Of a DNA stretch of 64,000 nt, positions 13,030-28,429 are shown in pieces (within the stretch, counting starts at the first letter, position 1; each line of letters begins with the position of its first letter). The stretch is from Eledone cirrhosa (lineage: Eukaryota), in the NCBI GenBank assembly GCA_964016885.1, contig OZ024740.1, positions 184,388,001 to 184,452,000 on the forward strand, written 5' to 3'. Made by a program: the position numbers and the translations under genes. The notes under the pieces were generated by a model. That model made no database searches and had not been told where the DNA came from. It saw only the letters and a program-made list of their open reading frames with translations.

Positions 13030-15563
13030 GTACAATATAGAGGAACAGTTGGTATTCCAGAAAGCTAATCTGCTGAAGGCGGCAGATGATGTCCGTGGCT
13101 GGAGCAGGCCTATGGGCAGGGGGAGAGTAACGTGGTGGTGGAACAGTAAGGTGGAGGAGTCAATTAAGGCCAAAAAGCAGCCTTGGAAAGTATGGCGGGA
13201 TGGGGGAAGTAGAGAAGACTATCAAGTGGCCAGGAGCGAAGCTAGGAGACAAGTGTACTTCGCAAGAAGGGAAGCAGAGGAAAAAAAGTTCAAGCATGTT
13301 CTACAAGGCGAGGACCAAAGACGTGAGGTGTTCAGGATTTTTCAGGCAATGTGTCAAGGAAAACAGTGATATTGTCAGGGAGAAGTGTGTCCTTAATGAT
13401 GATGGTGTACTTGCCATCACTGACGCTGATAAGAAGGTAGCTTGGAAGTGTCACTACGAAAGGCTACTAAATGAGGAGAATAATTGGGAGAAAGACAGTC
13501 TCTCCCACATCGATCCAATAGAGGGACCAGCAGTGCTAGGTGGAGGTAGTATAATAAGTAAGGCAACCAAAGATATGAAGACGGGTAAGGCGGCTGGGCC
13601 TTCAGAAATAGTTGCTGAAATGCTGAAATTATCTGGAACGGTGGGACACACTATGGTCACCCGGATAGTAAACCAAGTCATACAGAATGGGGTCGTTCCG
13701 AAGGACTGGCGTAGCAGCATCATCATTAACTGCTACAAGGGTAAAGGAGATGCCATAGATAGAGGTAACTATAGAGGTATTAAATTAATCGACCAGGTGA
13801 TGAAGGTCACAGAAAAAGTAATAGCGCAACTAATCAGAGAGCGAATTGACCTAGATGAAATGCAGTTCGGGTTTGTGTCAGGTAAAAGTACCACAGACGC
13901 TCATTTCATTGTACCACAACTACAGAAGAAGTACCTAGCTAAAGGTAAACCCCTATACTTAGCTTTTGTTGACTTGGAGAAAGTCTTTGACAGAGTCCCC
14001 CACTCCATTATCTGGTGGGTTCTTAGAAATCTAGGTGTTGATGAATGGCGTGTGGGAGCTATACAAGCCATGTATAAAGAAATAGTCAGCAAGGTTAGAA
14101 TTAACAACGAATATAGTGAAGAGTTTAGCGTAAAGGTTGGTGTTCATCAGGGCTCCGTCCTTAGCCTCCTCCTATTTATTATTGCCCCTCAGGCTATAAC
14201 AGAGGAGTTCAAGACCGGCTGCCCATGGGAACTCCTATACGCAGATGATCTAACGCTCATATCTGAATCAATGGCCGAACTAGAGAAGAAATTCCAAATA
14301 TGGAAGCATGGCCTAGAATCAAAAGGCCTTAAAATTAACCTGTCTAAGACTAAAGTTCTAGTTTGAAGGAAGGAAAATAGGGCACCAGTCCCATCTGGGA
14401 AATGGCCATGCTCAGTGTGTCGGAAAGGAGTAGGCAGAAACTCCATTTAAGGTCCCAAATGCAAACTATAAGTGCATAAAAGATGTAGTGGGATCACAGG
14501 TAAGCTAACTAAGAATATAGATTGTATATGTGGCCGTTGCTCTGGTGCAATAAGTAGCAGCAAGTGCTCACAGAATACTAGCTCATTCCATTGCACAGAT
14601 GGTTCTATAGAAATAGTGGACACCTTCCGTTACCTGGGTGACAAAATCAGCAGTGGTGGAGGGTGCTCTGAAAGTACAGTAGCTAGAGTCAGAACGGGAT
14701 GGAAAAAGTTCAGAGAGCTTATACCACTATTAGCCGCTAAAGAGTTCTCACTAAAAATGAAAGGCAGGCTGTATGATGCCTGCATACGAACAACAGTGTT
14801 GCATGTCAGTGAGACCTGGTCATTTTGTGGAGAGGATATACGCAGACTGGAGAGGAACGAAGCTTGCATGCTCCGTTGGATGTGTAATAATAATATACGT
14901 GAACGGCAAAGCATAAACGAACTAAAGGAGAAATTAAGAACAAGAGGGATTAGATGGTGTTTACTCGAGAGAAGACTACGTTGGTACGGTCACGTGATGC
15001 GCATGAAAGACGACAGCTGTATAAAAAAAAGTGCAGGGCGATAAAAATAGACGGTAGCCACGGAGTAGGCAGACACAGAAAAACCTGGGACGACTTGATA
15101 AATTCCGACCTTACACACAAGACAATGTCACTGGACCGAGATCTTTGGCGCTACACAGTAATACAGAAGATCCGACTTGCCCAAGTACAAAGAGAAACCT
15201 AGAGTCAGTAGACACCTCTAACAAAAATACACCCCGGCCCCACTAACCCCACCCCATATACACCACCCCTTCCAATGTAAAGTTATGTTGGTACCACAAC
15301 ATCCAGTCCGAAACAAATGAGGTCGTGTAGGTGTCACGACAAAAAAAACACAGCCCACGCTGTAATGTGGCTGTGTAGGGAACACGGTAAAAACCTCCCA
15401 GTCCACACTGAAAACGTGGTTGGTGTTAGGAAGGGCATCCAGCCGTAGAAAACACTCCAGACAGTCCTATACGAGCAAGACAACCAATCTTGCCTCAAGT
15501 GGGAAAATTCCCGTCCAAAACCATGCTAGCGTGGAAGATAGACGTTAAACGCTGATAATGATG

Positions 15564-15565
<2 letters not shown>
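13030..15565 (+). mobile_element. 5'-truncated RTE-clade LINE (RT with Cys/His finger insertion), pseudogenized
   Basis: ORFs 13049-13369, 13200-14366 (GKAAGPSE, NYRGIKL, MQFGF, FVDLEKVFD, GVHQGSVLS, LLYADDL) and 14472-15044; 3' UTR ends gataatgatgat before (TA)n. Confidence 0.92.
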
Positions 15566-15614
<49 letters not shown>

Positions 15615-16450
15615 AATACATATATATACATATATATACATATATATATATATTTGTATGCATGATTATAGATGTCTGTGTGTGTGTGTATTATCATTTA
15701 AAGATACATATTCAATAATTTTGTTTTTTTATTTCCATAACCTATATTTTAAAAATCAAATTCATTTATCTCACATTTTTTCTGATTTGATGTATCAAAT
15801 CATACATATTTTACTTTAAAACTGGCAAAATTAAACATTTTTTATGAGAATTTTCTTTTGAATTTGTAATTGTATATGTGATAACTGAAACATACTTTCT
15901 CTGTTTGATGTATCTTTTTTTATGTTGAACTAAATTCTAAATTATTTTCATATTTTATAAAATATATTTCGTCTCTTTATAATAGAAACTTTTCCTCTTT
16001 CAGATATCATGTTTACTCAGAAGAAATAAGATATGTAACGTTCTTTTCTGTCCTTCTTTATTTTGTTTTAAGTTAATCTTATTTTTAACACCTTTCCTCC
16101 CCAAATATTTTTCTTTAGAAAAGGATTTTTTGTTCCAAATAAAAACATATTTTCTGTTTATTCTCACGTATTATTTCTTTCTCATCAGCAATCTCTCTCC
16201 TACTCTATCTCTCTCTTTATGTATATATATATATATACGTGTGTGTGTGTGTGTGTGTGTGTGTGAGTTTATAATAATAGTAATTACGAAGACAAAAATC
16301 CGAAGTGGGCTCGATAAAGACTATATATATATACGTATGTTTCGGAAAATCCCGCAATAGGGTAAAAGCAGCGATTATTTGCTTAGACTTTAATCTGAAT
16401 GAACAATATATATATATGTATATATATATATACATATCCAGGGAGTGTAT

Positions 16451-16505
<55 letters not shown>

Positions 16506-16881
16506 TGTGGCGGACTGGCCAAGTTGTCAGGTTGCCCATTGGTAAGTGGGCCCCAATTACAAGAGCTTACAGTAGCATTGCAGGGCCCACTGTAGTGTTT
16601 TCGGGCCAATACTTTGCTTTCAAAAATACATGAAATCTAAGAGAAAGAATAATTTTTATTAAAAATAAATAAAACAATTGAGCAAAGCATTTGGTCAACC
16701 AATCTCCCAGGAAATTACTAGAAACCAAAATATTCGAAAATAGGTGGAATCAGTGGTACATTCTACTAAATCTAAAGCTTAGTGTATTCACACATGTATC
16801 GACGTAGATAGTATCTAAATACATATATAATTGAAATTCTCATCCTTGAAAACATACATATATAGACACAGCAACACAACC

Positions 16882-16912
<31 letters not shown>

Positions 16913-19900
16913 ATGATATCAATAAATGGAAACTATATTTATAAAACCATATTTATTCTATTATGTATATTTCAAGTGTACCAAAACTTTGGTATCAGAT
17001 AAATTACAAAATTCGTTTTATAAATAGTGATATACCCTGGAATCAGACCTTAATAGTTCAGGCTCTGTTTGGATAGTGACAGGATAGAGGGAAACAAAGA
17101 GGAAGAATGGAAAAGAATAAATATTTCAAATTATTTTCATGAATATGCAAATGAAGTTGAAGCGTTGGGCTGAAAAAATCGTTATTTTTAGACGCTAGGT
17201 AAATAATTATTAGGATATATAAAGAAGAAAGAGAAGCTCATATTAATATTAGAGTGTACGTGAATTTACAAATTAAACCGTCAAAAATTAAAATTTAAAA
17301 TTTTGTTGAAGTTTGTAGAATATCAATCAAGAAATTTAAAATATAACTAAAGCATGATTTATAATATTATATATATAATCATTATAATTAGATTATATGA
17401 GGAATTATGGTTGTAATTACTTTTTAACTTATTATATTACAACAGGTTATAAATATATAAATATCTATAAAGATAAATAAATATATAAATATAAATATTA
17501 TTGGTGATTATATATTCTGTTATTTTTAATAGATATATAAACACATTAATTTGTTTACATTTTCAATATATATTACGAAGGATGTTGAGTTTGCATTGTA
17601 AATATATAATTATGAAAGTGATGTAGTTCAACATTTTAGTATATAGGAAAAACATTTTGTACATTCAAATAGTTTCCTCAAAGATTGAAAATATTTAGAG
17701 AAAATTATTAAGTTGACGAAATTACATAGAATTTAGTATATATATTAAGAAGGATGTCTATGCTTGCTTCATTATAAAGGAAAAGATAACTCCAATATTA
17801 ATTGTTAAACTATTAACGTTAGATTTGTCGTATATTTAGAATTTACTTAGAAAATATGGAATGTATATAGTGTAAGGTCATAAGGTATTTTATATTACAT
17901 GTTTTCAAGGATGAGAATTTCAACTATATATGTATATAGATACTATCTACGTCGATACATGTGTGAACATTTTAAAGGAAGAAAAAATATTATTAGAGAT
18001 GCCATGAGTGTATTTAGAAAACTACCATAAAAAGAGGATACCATTCAAAATATCAATTAAAGAATATATCAATCTAAAAAAACAATATCATTGATAAAAA
18101 ATGTTAAATTAAGAAGAAAAAGGAAAAAATCATTTAAAAAAATCATTTTAAAAAAACCACTAAACATCGCCAGAAGCATTGTAAAGATATATAAGATGTG
18201 GTCAAGTGAAATGAATATTATAGATTAAAAATACTTTGGAAAGTCGATTTTTGACGATGTCTTCAAGAACTGAATATCTCATTTTTTTTAATTTATGGAA
18301 TTTTGGCAGTTAAGTATATAAAAAATTTCTTCAATACAAAAATGACCAATTCTTGAAAGAGCAATATTTCGGTATGCTGGTGCTTTCAAAATAGTTCCCC
18401 AAGAGATTGAATAGTCAATATTATTGTCCTTTAAATACCAGATTAGATGTGAAAGTGATGTGGAAGATTTTATATCGGATCTATTAAATGTATGTTTGTG
18501 ATTATACCAGCGTTCTTTGAATTTTGTAGAAGTTGCTCCTATATAGTTAAATATTTTTTCTCTAGTATTTACTGTGCATTTGTATATTAAGTTTTTATCC
18601 AGGCAATTGTTCTGTAAAGGGCAGTTTTATTCAATTCTACAGTTACATTTTCGAGAGTTATTGTTACTAGGAACAGTACTATTATTATTAGTATGAATAT
18701 TGTTATTAGAAATATCATTATTGTTATCTTGGTTTGTTTGGTTTGGGTTTAAATTTAAGTTTCTATTATTAATTCTATTTATATTTTGTGCTATGTTCAT
18801 AGTAGTAGAGTAAGATAGTTTAATTGTATGTCTGTTAAAAATGGAATGGTATCTGTGGGTTTTAGGAAAACACTTATCTAGTGCTTTGAAAAATAGTTTT
18901 GCTACAGATGTTATAACCCCTAATGATAATGGGGAGAGCACCAAATAATATTTCTTGTTCTAATTTTTTTGTTTGATTTACTATTTAAGTAGAAGTGTTT
19001 TTTATTATTATAGTGAATTTTAGGATGATTTTGCATATTAATGTTATCTAAGTATTTAATTTGATTCAAGTATCCGGCTCTATGTAAAGCTTCATTATAA
19101 TATTCCGCCTTATTATCAAATATATTTTTATTAGCTGAGATGCGTGAGATTCGTTGCTGGACACTATTGACTATAGTATTTTTTTATATTTCTAGGATGG
19201 GTAGAGTTGAAGCTTACGTAATTTAAGTTTTCATTAATTTTATGGAAAGGATAATATAGTTACGTCTAAGAAGTTAACAATGTTATTATTATTCTCTATT
19301 TCTAATTTAATGTTGTAGTTGTTGAAAAACTCTATGATGGATTTCTTTTTCCCATTAAGTTCACTGTTGCTATGGTTTTCGATTAAAAGTAACATATCGT
19401 CGCGATATAAACCTGCGGTCATCTCTGGCATTGTTCTATGTAGTATAATAAATAATCCAACGAGGTCCGTTACTTGAGCTGAATCAGATGATCCCATAGT
19501 GATATCGAAATTGTTTTGTCTATTAGCCCTTGTCCAGAGATGGTTATTAAATTATATTAGGGTTTTACGTGCGGTCTTCACTGGATAGGTCTGTATATTT
19601 ACAAGCGTAAATAAGTGCCTTATTAAGTAAGCTAGGGGTAATAGACGAATAGTAATTTTAAATATCCATTTGAATAAATGTTTTCTTATATTTTAATTTA
19701 ATGTCTGCAAACCAATCTATTACTTCATTTGTACCGTTCCATATTTTAAGGTGTGATTTTTGCATAAGTACTGGTTTAATACTATCTAGTATATGTTTGC
19801 TAATTATGCCTTGGTCAGATTTAGATGATGCAATGGGTCTGATTGGTAGATCAACTTCAAAATGTCTTTGTGGTCCTTAAAATTAATCTTCGGTTTTCTA

Positions 19901-20625
19901 GGTATAAAGGGTTCTGTCTTATTTTGAATGCCTAATTTATGAATAATTTCCGAAGCTTCTTTATTTAGGTTTGAAAGATCTTCATTTGATGTTTTTTTTA
20001 TAGTTTTTCCTAAATTCCTTCAGTATTAGGTTATTATACGCATCATTTTCAATACCATATAAATTATTGGTTTTGTCCGATTTTACAAGGATCTTCTTTG
20101 TTTTTTTCAGATTGACTATTTTGTTTTTGAGGCCTTTGAGGTACTCCAGGCCAATAAATTGGTTCCTTTTAAATTTAACGTTCTGTATGATGGAGATTAT
20201 TACATTTTCAAATTCGGTTAGTAATTTGTTGGAAGGTGGATTTTTCTTTGATTTGAAAATAAGATCAAAATTATACTTGGATTTATTTATTTCCTTTTCC
20301 GATTTCCTATCAAAATGGAAAGCGCGCCATCTAAGTTTCCTTAAAAAGGAATCGGATTTTTCTATAATTTGTTTTACGTATTCCTTATTTTTAGGTAAGG
20401 GTACATCCTTTAAAAAAGAAGAAATCTTTAAAAATTCCATTTTTAATTCCTCGCAATCTGTTATAGTTTAAAGTGCTCAACATTATAGGAGTTAAGCAAA
20501 TAGATAGTTTATATGTTGGTAATTCAACAAATATATTTATAACAGATTCGAAGCACTCGTCAGATTTTCTGGAATATAATATCAATCATATTAATAAATA
20601 GAAACTATATTTATAAAACCATATT

Positions 20626-20686
20626 TATTCTATTATATATATTTCAAGGGTACCAAAGCTTTAGTACGCTCTCATCAGATTAAATA
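20626..20686 (-). ncRNA. Type I hammerhead ribozyme in 5' pseudo-LTR of PLE
   Basis: Reverse complement: tatttaat-CTGATGA-gagcgtactaaagctttggtaccctt-GAAA-tatata-TA-atagaata. Confidence 0.85.
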
Positions 20687-21412
20687 CAAAATTTGTTTCA
20701 TAAATAGTGACATATCCAGGAATCAGACCTTAATAGCTCAGGTTCTGTTTGGATAGTGACAAGATAGGGTGTAAAAAAAGAGAAAAAAGAGGAAGAAAGG
20801 AAAAGAACAAATATTTCAAATTATTTTGATGAATATGCAAATGAAGTTGAAGCGTTGGGCTGAAAACATAGTGTGTTTATATATCTATTAAAAATAACAG
20901 AATATATAATCACCAATAATATTTATATTTATATATTTATTTATCTTTATAGATATTTATATATTTATAACCTGTTGTAATATAATAAGTTAAAACGTAC
21001 TTACACCCATAATTCCTCATATAATCTAATTATAATGATTATATATATATTATAACTCATGCTTTAGTTATATTTTAAATGTCTTGATTGATATTCTACC
21101 ACTTCAACAACATTTTAAATTTTAATTTTTAACGTTTTAATTTGTAAATTCACGTAGACTCAAACATTAATATAAACTTCTCTTTCTTCTTTATATATCC
21201 AAATAATTATTTAAATCTACCTAGCGTCAAAGAATAACGATTTTTTCAGCCCTACGCTTCAACTTCATTTGCATATTCATCAAAATAATTTGAAATATTT
21301 ATTCTTTTCCTTTCTTCCTCTTTTTTCTCCCCTATCTTATCACTATCCAAACAGAACCTGAACTATTAGGGTCTGATTCCTGGGTATGTCACTATTTATA
21401 AAACAAATTTTG

Positions 21413-21473
21413 TATTTTATCTGATGTGAGCGTACCAAAGTTTTGGTACCCTTGAAATATATATAATAGAATA
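21413..21473 (+). ncRNA. Hammerhead ribozyme copy in inverted pseudo-LTR, core mutated (CTGATGT)
   Basis: tattttat-CTGATGT-gagcgtaccaaagttttggtaccctt-GAAA-tatata-TA-atagaata. A third copy at ~16955-17005(-) has part of the core deleted. Confidence 0.7.
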
Positions 21474-21609
21474 AATGTTTTTTTATACATATAGTTTCCA
21501 TTTATTAATATCATTTATATTATACTCCAGAAAACTTGTCGAGTGCTTCGAATCTGTTATAAATATATTTGTGAAATTACCAACAAATTAAATATATCTA
21601 TGCTTATAC

Positions 21610-21767
<158 letters not shown>

Positions 21768-21805
21768 GTGTGTGTGTGCGTCTGTGTGTGTGTTTGTGTG
21801 TGTAT

Positions 21806-21894
21806 TACTTTGAAGGAGAAAACTCTTAGTGTGAAGTTTGGCTTTGAAATAAATCTTTTGTGACAAAAGTCCTGGAACTTTTCTGACACACATC

Positions 21895-21897
<3 letters not shown>
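21806..21897 (+). mobile_element. Mariner 3' end remnant
   Basis: tactttgaaggagaa (YFEGE, mariner C-terminus-like), then TIR-like gtcctggaacttttctgacacacatcg ending in TA. Confidence 0.55.
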
Positions 21898-21981
<84 letters not shown>

Positions 21982-22065
21982 AAAGGTAAACAGAAATAAC
22001 AACACAATCGTTACAGTATATGGAACGGATATATTTGGTTTACTCTTGATATAGCAGGAAGAGGG

Positions 22066-22101
22066 TCTTAACATTTCGGATGCTAATCCTTCATCAGAAG
22101 A
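22066..22101 (-). ncRNA. Minimal type I hammerhead motif (PLE-type, almost no helix III)
   Basis: Reverse complement: tctt-CTGATGA-aggattagcatcc-GAAA-tg-TT-aaga. Confidence 0.6.
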
Positions 22102-25100
22102 AAGGATGAAAAATAAGATAGATTGAGGGAACGGACAGGGTAGAATTGGAAAAAATGTCTTTAGATAAAAATAACAGGTCCATTCATGTTGACATCTCTT
22201 GCAAAACTGTTGGTTCTGGCGGTTTGTGTATGATTTATTTTTTTAGAAAAGTGGATGATGGAGCGCGTCTACCTGAACTGGAAAAAATATCGTTTTGTAA
22301 ACAGAGCTATACTTGTGCACGTGCGTGCATGTGTGCGTGTGTGTGTGTATGTGTGTGTATGCGTGTGTGTTTGTGTGTTAGTTATGCATGCAAGCCCAAT
22401 GGTCAAGCTTAAATCGCTTTGGCTAGTTAAATGAAAATTATACTATATTGCTTGTCTCACTAGGAGCACGTTTGGGATTGTGATTGTGGGATGGGCTATT
22501 AAAAGAATCACGAATAAGTAACAATAAATTTAGAGATTCATTAGATCTTGGTGTGAAACTGGCGGCGAATTGTCAGAGTCGTTAGAATGTTGATAGAGTG
22601 CTTTGTGTTATTCGTTCTGGTTCTCTGCTTTCTGTGTTCAAATGCCGCCGACGTCAACTTTGCCTTCCATCCTTTCGTGGTCGATAAAAAAAAATACCAG
22701 TCTAGTACTCGTAGTGTTGGATTAAGACCTTGGGGGCCCGGGGCATTTCAGATTTGAGGGGCCCCTCATACACAGAAAAGTAGAATACACGGCAAACCCA
22801 ATTTTACATGAAAATGTTAGCTTGGCTCAAGTAATTGGAATTGAAAAGTTATACATACAGGTATTAAATTTAAAAAAATGCTAACCATCCTGAAACTAAA
22901 AAGCCCAGCTGAGGGCACAAATACATGCCTATGCCCGTCGCTGGTTCCCCCTCACCCCACTGCATGAGACCTCGGGTAATTGCCACCTTTGCTCCCCATT
23001 AAATCCGACCCTGAGTATTGGGGTCGATTCTTCCTCTATATATCTTTCTCACTTCCTCTCTGTAACCTACTATCCTTTTCTGGAAGAATTCTGCTGTACT
23101 GTCCTGGAGAAAAATGGGCTCCGCCAGACATAAAAAGGAAAACGCTCAAGATACGCCGTATGTCCCTACGGTGCCCCTATGACTCCATCGGGAGTTACGG
23201 GAACATACCATACCAAGGTTGTCGAGACATCAAAGTTATAAAAACAGTTAGGTGTGGTGGGTTAGATTTTGACCAGTTTATACCCATTCCCTTGCCCAGC
23301 AGTTTCATAGGAATGCTAGAAGTTAATTGTATGGAATCATAGCCAAATGGTTAAGAATTTTGCTTTGCAATCATGTGTTGACAATGTGTGACATTTGAGA
23401 AAGTGTAATTTATCAAACTATTGTGTCAATCCGAATCTGGCGCGTGAAATGGCGTTATAGAAACTATTTGGAAATCTGCTGGATGGAGTTTATGAGTAAT
23501 TCAAAGGGCCGACCTTGTTACACACGGTCACACTGACTCTTTCCCCCAAATTATGTTGTATATCTTATATGGTACATCAATGAAAATATTATGACAGTAA
23601 TCAAACAATTGACAACCCACACCATCTAAGCTTGCGGAAATGCATTTCTTGTTCTCAATTTAATTGACAAATGCTTTCACTATACAAGATACTGCTTTAC
23701 GCCAGTAGTTGAAATGTGTAATGATTATATGGGAAAGCAGTGCAAAAATTAGAAGCATTTAACAGATAGATTCTTCTTTCTAGGTCTTTGTTTGTCTCCA
23801 CGCTGCAATCGATGGAAAGTATCACTGAAAAAAATTGACTTGATAAACACAACAATACCAAAAACCTAAATAACATTATCCCGCTATTTAATCGTAAAAA
23901 AGGACGCAACAACTGAATAGATATGCATGTCTGTAAAGTATGTAAATGTCTCCTAATTTCTAGAGAATGGTGTTTTCAATGTCTGAGGCTCAGTCAGGTT
24001 TTAGTGTATTAACGTTTAATGCTCTGGAACACATGAGATCGCATTAAAAAGGCACTCATGAAACAAATAAAACAACAACCTGTCAGCATTACATTAAATA
24101 TTCAAATGTTTCTCTAACACAGCAAGTTTTCATAATTTGTCCATTAGTAAAATTATTAGAAACATTTGAATTAAGATATCTATATTTAAAGATATTTTCT
24201 ACTGAATAATTACAAGATGCTAAGACTGTAGCAGTAATTAATTTCTCTTTTCAACGGAGTTGATTTTACACTGTCAAATCGCCCACCATGGAAACTGACC
24301 TCTGTAATCGCATAGATAAGTTTCCATTCTGAATGGCTTTCGAGTGCCAATGTCTGAGATTTTGAGATATCAAAACTTCATCTGTTTCTTCTCAAGTCTG
24401 GGAGACAAAGGAAGCGACATTCTTAAACAGACAGCCTTCAGACAACCAACACAGTTGAAGCATTTAATTCTAAGAGTGAACATGTAGTCTATTGCTTACA
24501 CAAAACAGACTCTCTGGGTCCTCTTCTCTCTCGGTCGCTCTCTCGACTAAACAGTGAAGTTCAACACATCCTCAAGGTTTTGGTAAATACAACTTAAATA
24601 ACACTTTTACAAACAAACAATACATCACACTCATCTTGAGAAATAACGTCACACAATTTATCTGTGTTTATTTGGTACTAGGGTATTTTCACGCAAGTTA
24701 TATTCAATATATAGTAATATAGCGGCTTTGTGTTATCGTATATTTTTCATATATTTCATTGCCTACGTGATCAAGGAAACATCATATCACCATCATCTTA
24801 ATGAACACTTAGTCACTTACTTGCACACATGCAACATCTGGTCGCACTTTATCAGGCGCATCAAATATTCTTGCCTGCACTCACACAACAGTGACCACAT
24901 CACTCAGTAATCTACAAGTGAGCACACACGCAACAAATGAATCGACACCACAACACAACCAAACATCCACAGAACTATTCGACCCGCTATAAGAGGTAAA
25001 CAGAAGGAATGGAAAACATTCTGTAAATAGAAGACCAGACTATTATCAGGGCGGTGGAGGCATTTCTGAATAGGGGAGCCGAATTTGGTCAATTTAGTTG

Positions 25101-25552
25101 TAGTGATTAGTTTTGCTCTTTGCACTCTAAAATGGTTAGAAAAATTCGCTATGCGATAAACAACATATACATAGATTGTGGTGCATATCCAAATAGATGT
25201 GTTTCCGTAGTTTGTGGAAAAAAGTATAATTATTGGGGGGGGGGGGGGCTCTACCCTCTCCCTACGACCACCGCCCCTATGTATATCTTTCCATATATAA
25301 ACTAAAAAATAATAATTGTTTCTACTTTAGGCACAAGGCCAGCAAATACCCAGTGCATTACTGGTACTTTATTGTATCTACCCCGTAAGGATGAAAGGCA
25401 AAGTCAACCACGGCGGGATTTGAACCCAGATCGTCCGACCCTCTACCGATACTGCCAATCCACCAATGCTCTGTACCCTTTCCTAAGTCGGTGATATATC
25501 GAGCTCCTTCGTATTTGGTAAAAAGCTGGTATTATATCCAATTTATTCCTCT

Positions 25553-25980
<428 letters not shown>

Positions 25981-25987
25981 CACACAC

Positions 25988-26055
<68 letters not shown>

Positions 26056-28429
26056 TTATTTATTATGTCTATTTTATTCTACGTTAACAAAACATTATAT
26101 ACGACAAAAAATAACATTACAAGAAATCCTATATTTACGAACGTAAATTATACAATTACCGATTTGCCCAGCTCTGTCATTACACGACACTATCTCTCCC
26201 AATCACCCTCTATATATCAATTACAACCAAATCCACCTCTCTATAATATCTGTTGAGGTACACCTTTAAATTCTTTATACTCACTTTGTACTGACATACT
26301 GCATATTTAATTTTACACATTCTATATGTACTTTTTCATTCTTTTTGTATTCGTTGCCAATACGTGTGTGGGGAAACACTGCTTCCTACATTTCAATAGT
26401 GTATCTGCAAATCTAGAAAATAGAAATAAGTTCTTCGCAAAAGAGTACCTATTCAGAATGTTCTGAAAACATGCAGCAATGCTTGAATGTAAGGTTCCTT
26501 GATAACACTCTACATTATTTTGTATTTGGTGCTTGCTTTTCGAAACAAACTATTTTCGTTGGCTGTAAATAAGCTATGCATTATCCTATCACCAAGTAAT
26601 CTAAGTTACTTAGATGACTTTTATTATTGTTCTGCAAACATCAGAAAACAAGAAATTAATAGAACTGAAAAGTACATTTCAATGTTTTAAAACATAATTA
26701 GTTTCATTGAACAGTTGTTATTCATGTTGAAAATTGAATATTTATAAACAGAATAAGATCGGAAATATATACAGGATAATAAAAATACATGAATTACAAA
26801 AGATTATACATTGTACAAAGATATTACTTGTCAGTGTAACATGTTATTGATATTTCTCTCCTCCGTCTGAAAACATTAATCAACATTAGGAAGAAACATT
26901 CGAAAGCCCCAATCAAAGTTAATATCGGAACCATCATTGTCGTATTAGATATCCATCTCGTGTTAGAAGGCTTATGCGAGTGGCGAGTTTAATTCAAAGG
27001 GAGCTATCTTACATCCAATGGAGGTGCGCGCCCGAGTATTCAGTGTTTTAACCCACCCTAGAATGTGCGCCCCAGATCATATTTGATAGGAAGCACAACG
27101 ATTGGGGGGCGGGGGTTATAACAATCTGTATTCCATGCTTAATTATTACACTGTTTTCAGTTAAGCAAATGTTTAAAAGGGAAGACAATATCAGTCTTGC
27201 ATTATAGAGTATACATAAATAATACAAAGTAAAAAAAGGAAAAGAGAGTAAACATCGGCTAATTTTGTTATAAAATTGAACAATTTCAAGTTCCAGTTTC
27301 AATCAATCCATAGGTTACACTGCTTGCACGGATCCCCTCTCTATCACTATCCAATTTTATTGTTCTCATATTCGGCAGGTCAGAGTGTGTGCAGTTCATA
27401 TCGTTGCAATTATTGGTCTTGGCTTGTCGTCCTCTGCTAGCTCTTCCTTGAGTAGGCTCCCGCAAAAGAACTTCACTAATAACCTCGTCTTTAGCTCTCC
27501 GTTAATGCCTTGCGAATCTGACTCTACGCTCCGAGATGATGTCTGATACCGGACAAAAGTTTCCATATAGTCGCTCATTGGTCAGAATACGGAAACGGCA
27601 ACATAAAACAGAACGATTGGGAATGCTGGCCTTGTGCCGAATATTCGAGCGATAAATATATTGATTACATTGGTATAACGATCTTTCTAGTCTGTGTTAG
27701 GTATGGAAAATACGACTGTTATATCGCAATGGAGTAGATTTTGTATTTCGATTCATATACTGTAGACTTCACAAGCAAATGAATATTTTGTATTAATATA
27801 TGAAAGGATATCATCTGCTTTTGTATCCTGTCAGTGGCGAGAGAGTCTATTGACATTCAAGCACCACAAATCTCTTTGCCGACACGAATGCTGTAAACTT
27901 TATACCTTCAACTGCACTATTATTCATGCAATTATTATACTATGCGACACGTGTAACATGTATGTACTACAAGGATCACTTGCAATCGACTACATCATTT
28001 AAAACGAAAGAAGAAAACATTAGAAAACTACACACTTACACTCTACACAATTCTCCACAAACAAACTTGTACTAATGATAGGATGAATTATCAAAACAAG
28101 AAAACATTACAATAAAAAGACATACACCATGCAGTAATACCATACAAAATTGTACAATCTACTGATGATGTATATATCTCACAGGTACAAATTGAAATTT
28201 GGATGACACAAATTGAAATTCAAATTCGGAAAAATTCAAATATGGATTTGATGCTGCATTCTATAGATGTCTAACAATTTACATCAACACCTCACCATCT
28301 AGAACATTAAACTATAAAATTCTCGAAATGTTGATGAAAAGAATTCATACGAGAATATGAAATACAAAAACGTTGATACAAAAGGTAAAGCTAGAATAGT
28401 CATATTTTCCATAGCAATACCACACACAC

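Larger units (their letters stand above)
16910..21605 (-). mobile_element. Penelope-like element (Naiad-like), decayed, with direct and inverted pseudo-LTRs
   Basis: ORF pieces 19982-20440 (FLRKLRWRAFHF, KSDKTNN), 19240-19497 (MGSSDSAQVTDLVGL, GLYRDD, VNFLDV), 18627-18944 (IFNRHTIKLSYS, CNCR) then GIY-YIG-type LIYKC..YIGAT. Segment ~16915-17180 recurs directly at ~20590-20865 and ~16915-17545 recurs inverted within ~20870-21605. Confidence 0.9.

Noticed and set aside
22710-25280. Possible decayed hAT transposon (GC-rich gggccc-type ends, faint transposase-like peptides at 23700-24500)
   Set aside because: Too degenerate; no matched TIR pair, TSD or clear motif.
26990-27660. Relatively CpG-rich stretch with CCAAT/ATTGG boxes and a 60-aa ORF, a possible host promoter or first exon
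   Set aside because: No recognisable protein or splice structure; cannot be supported without transcript data.
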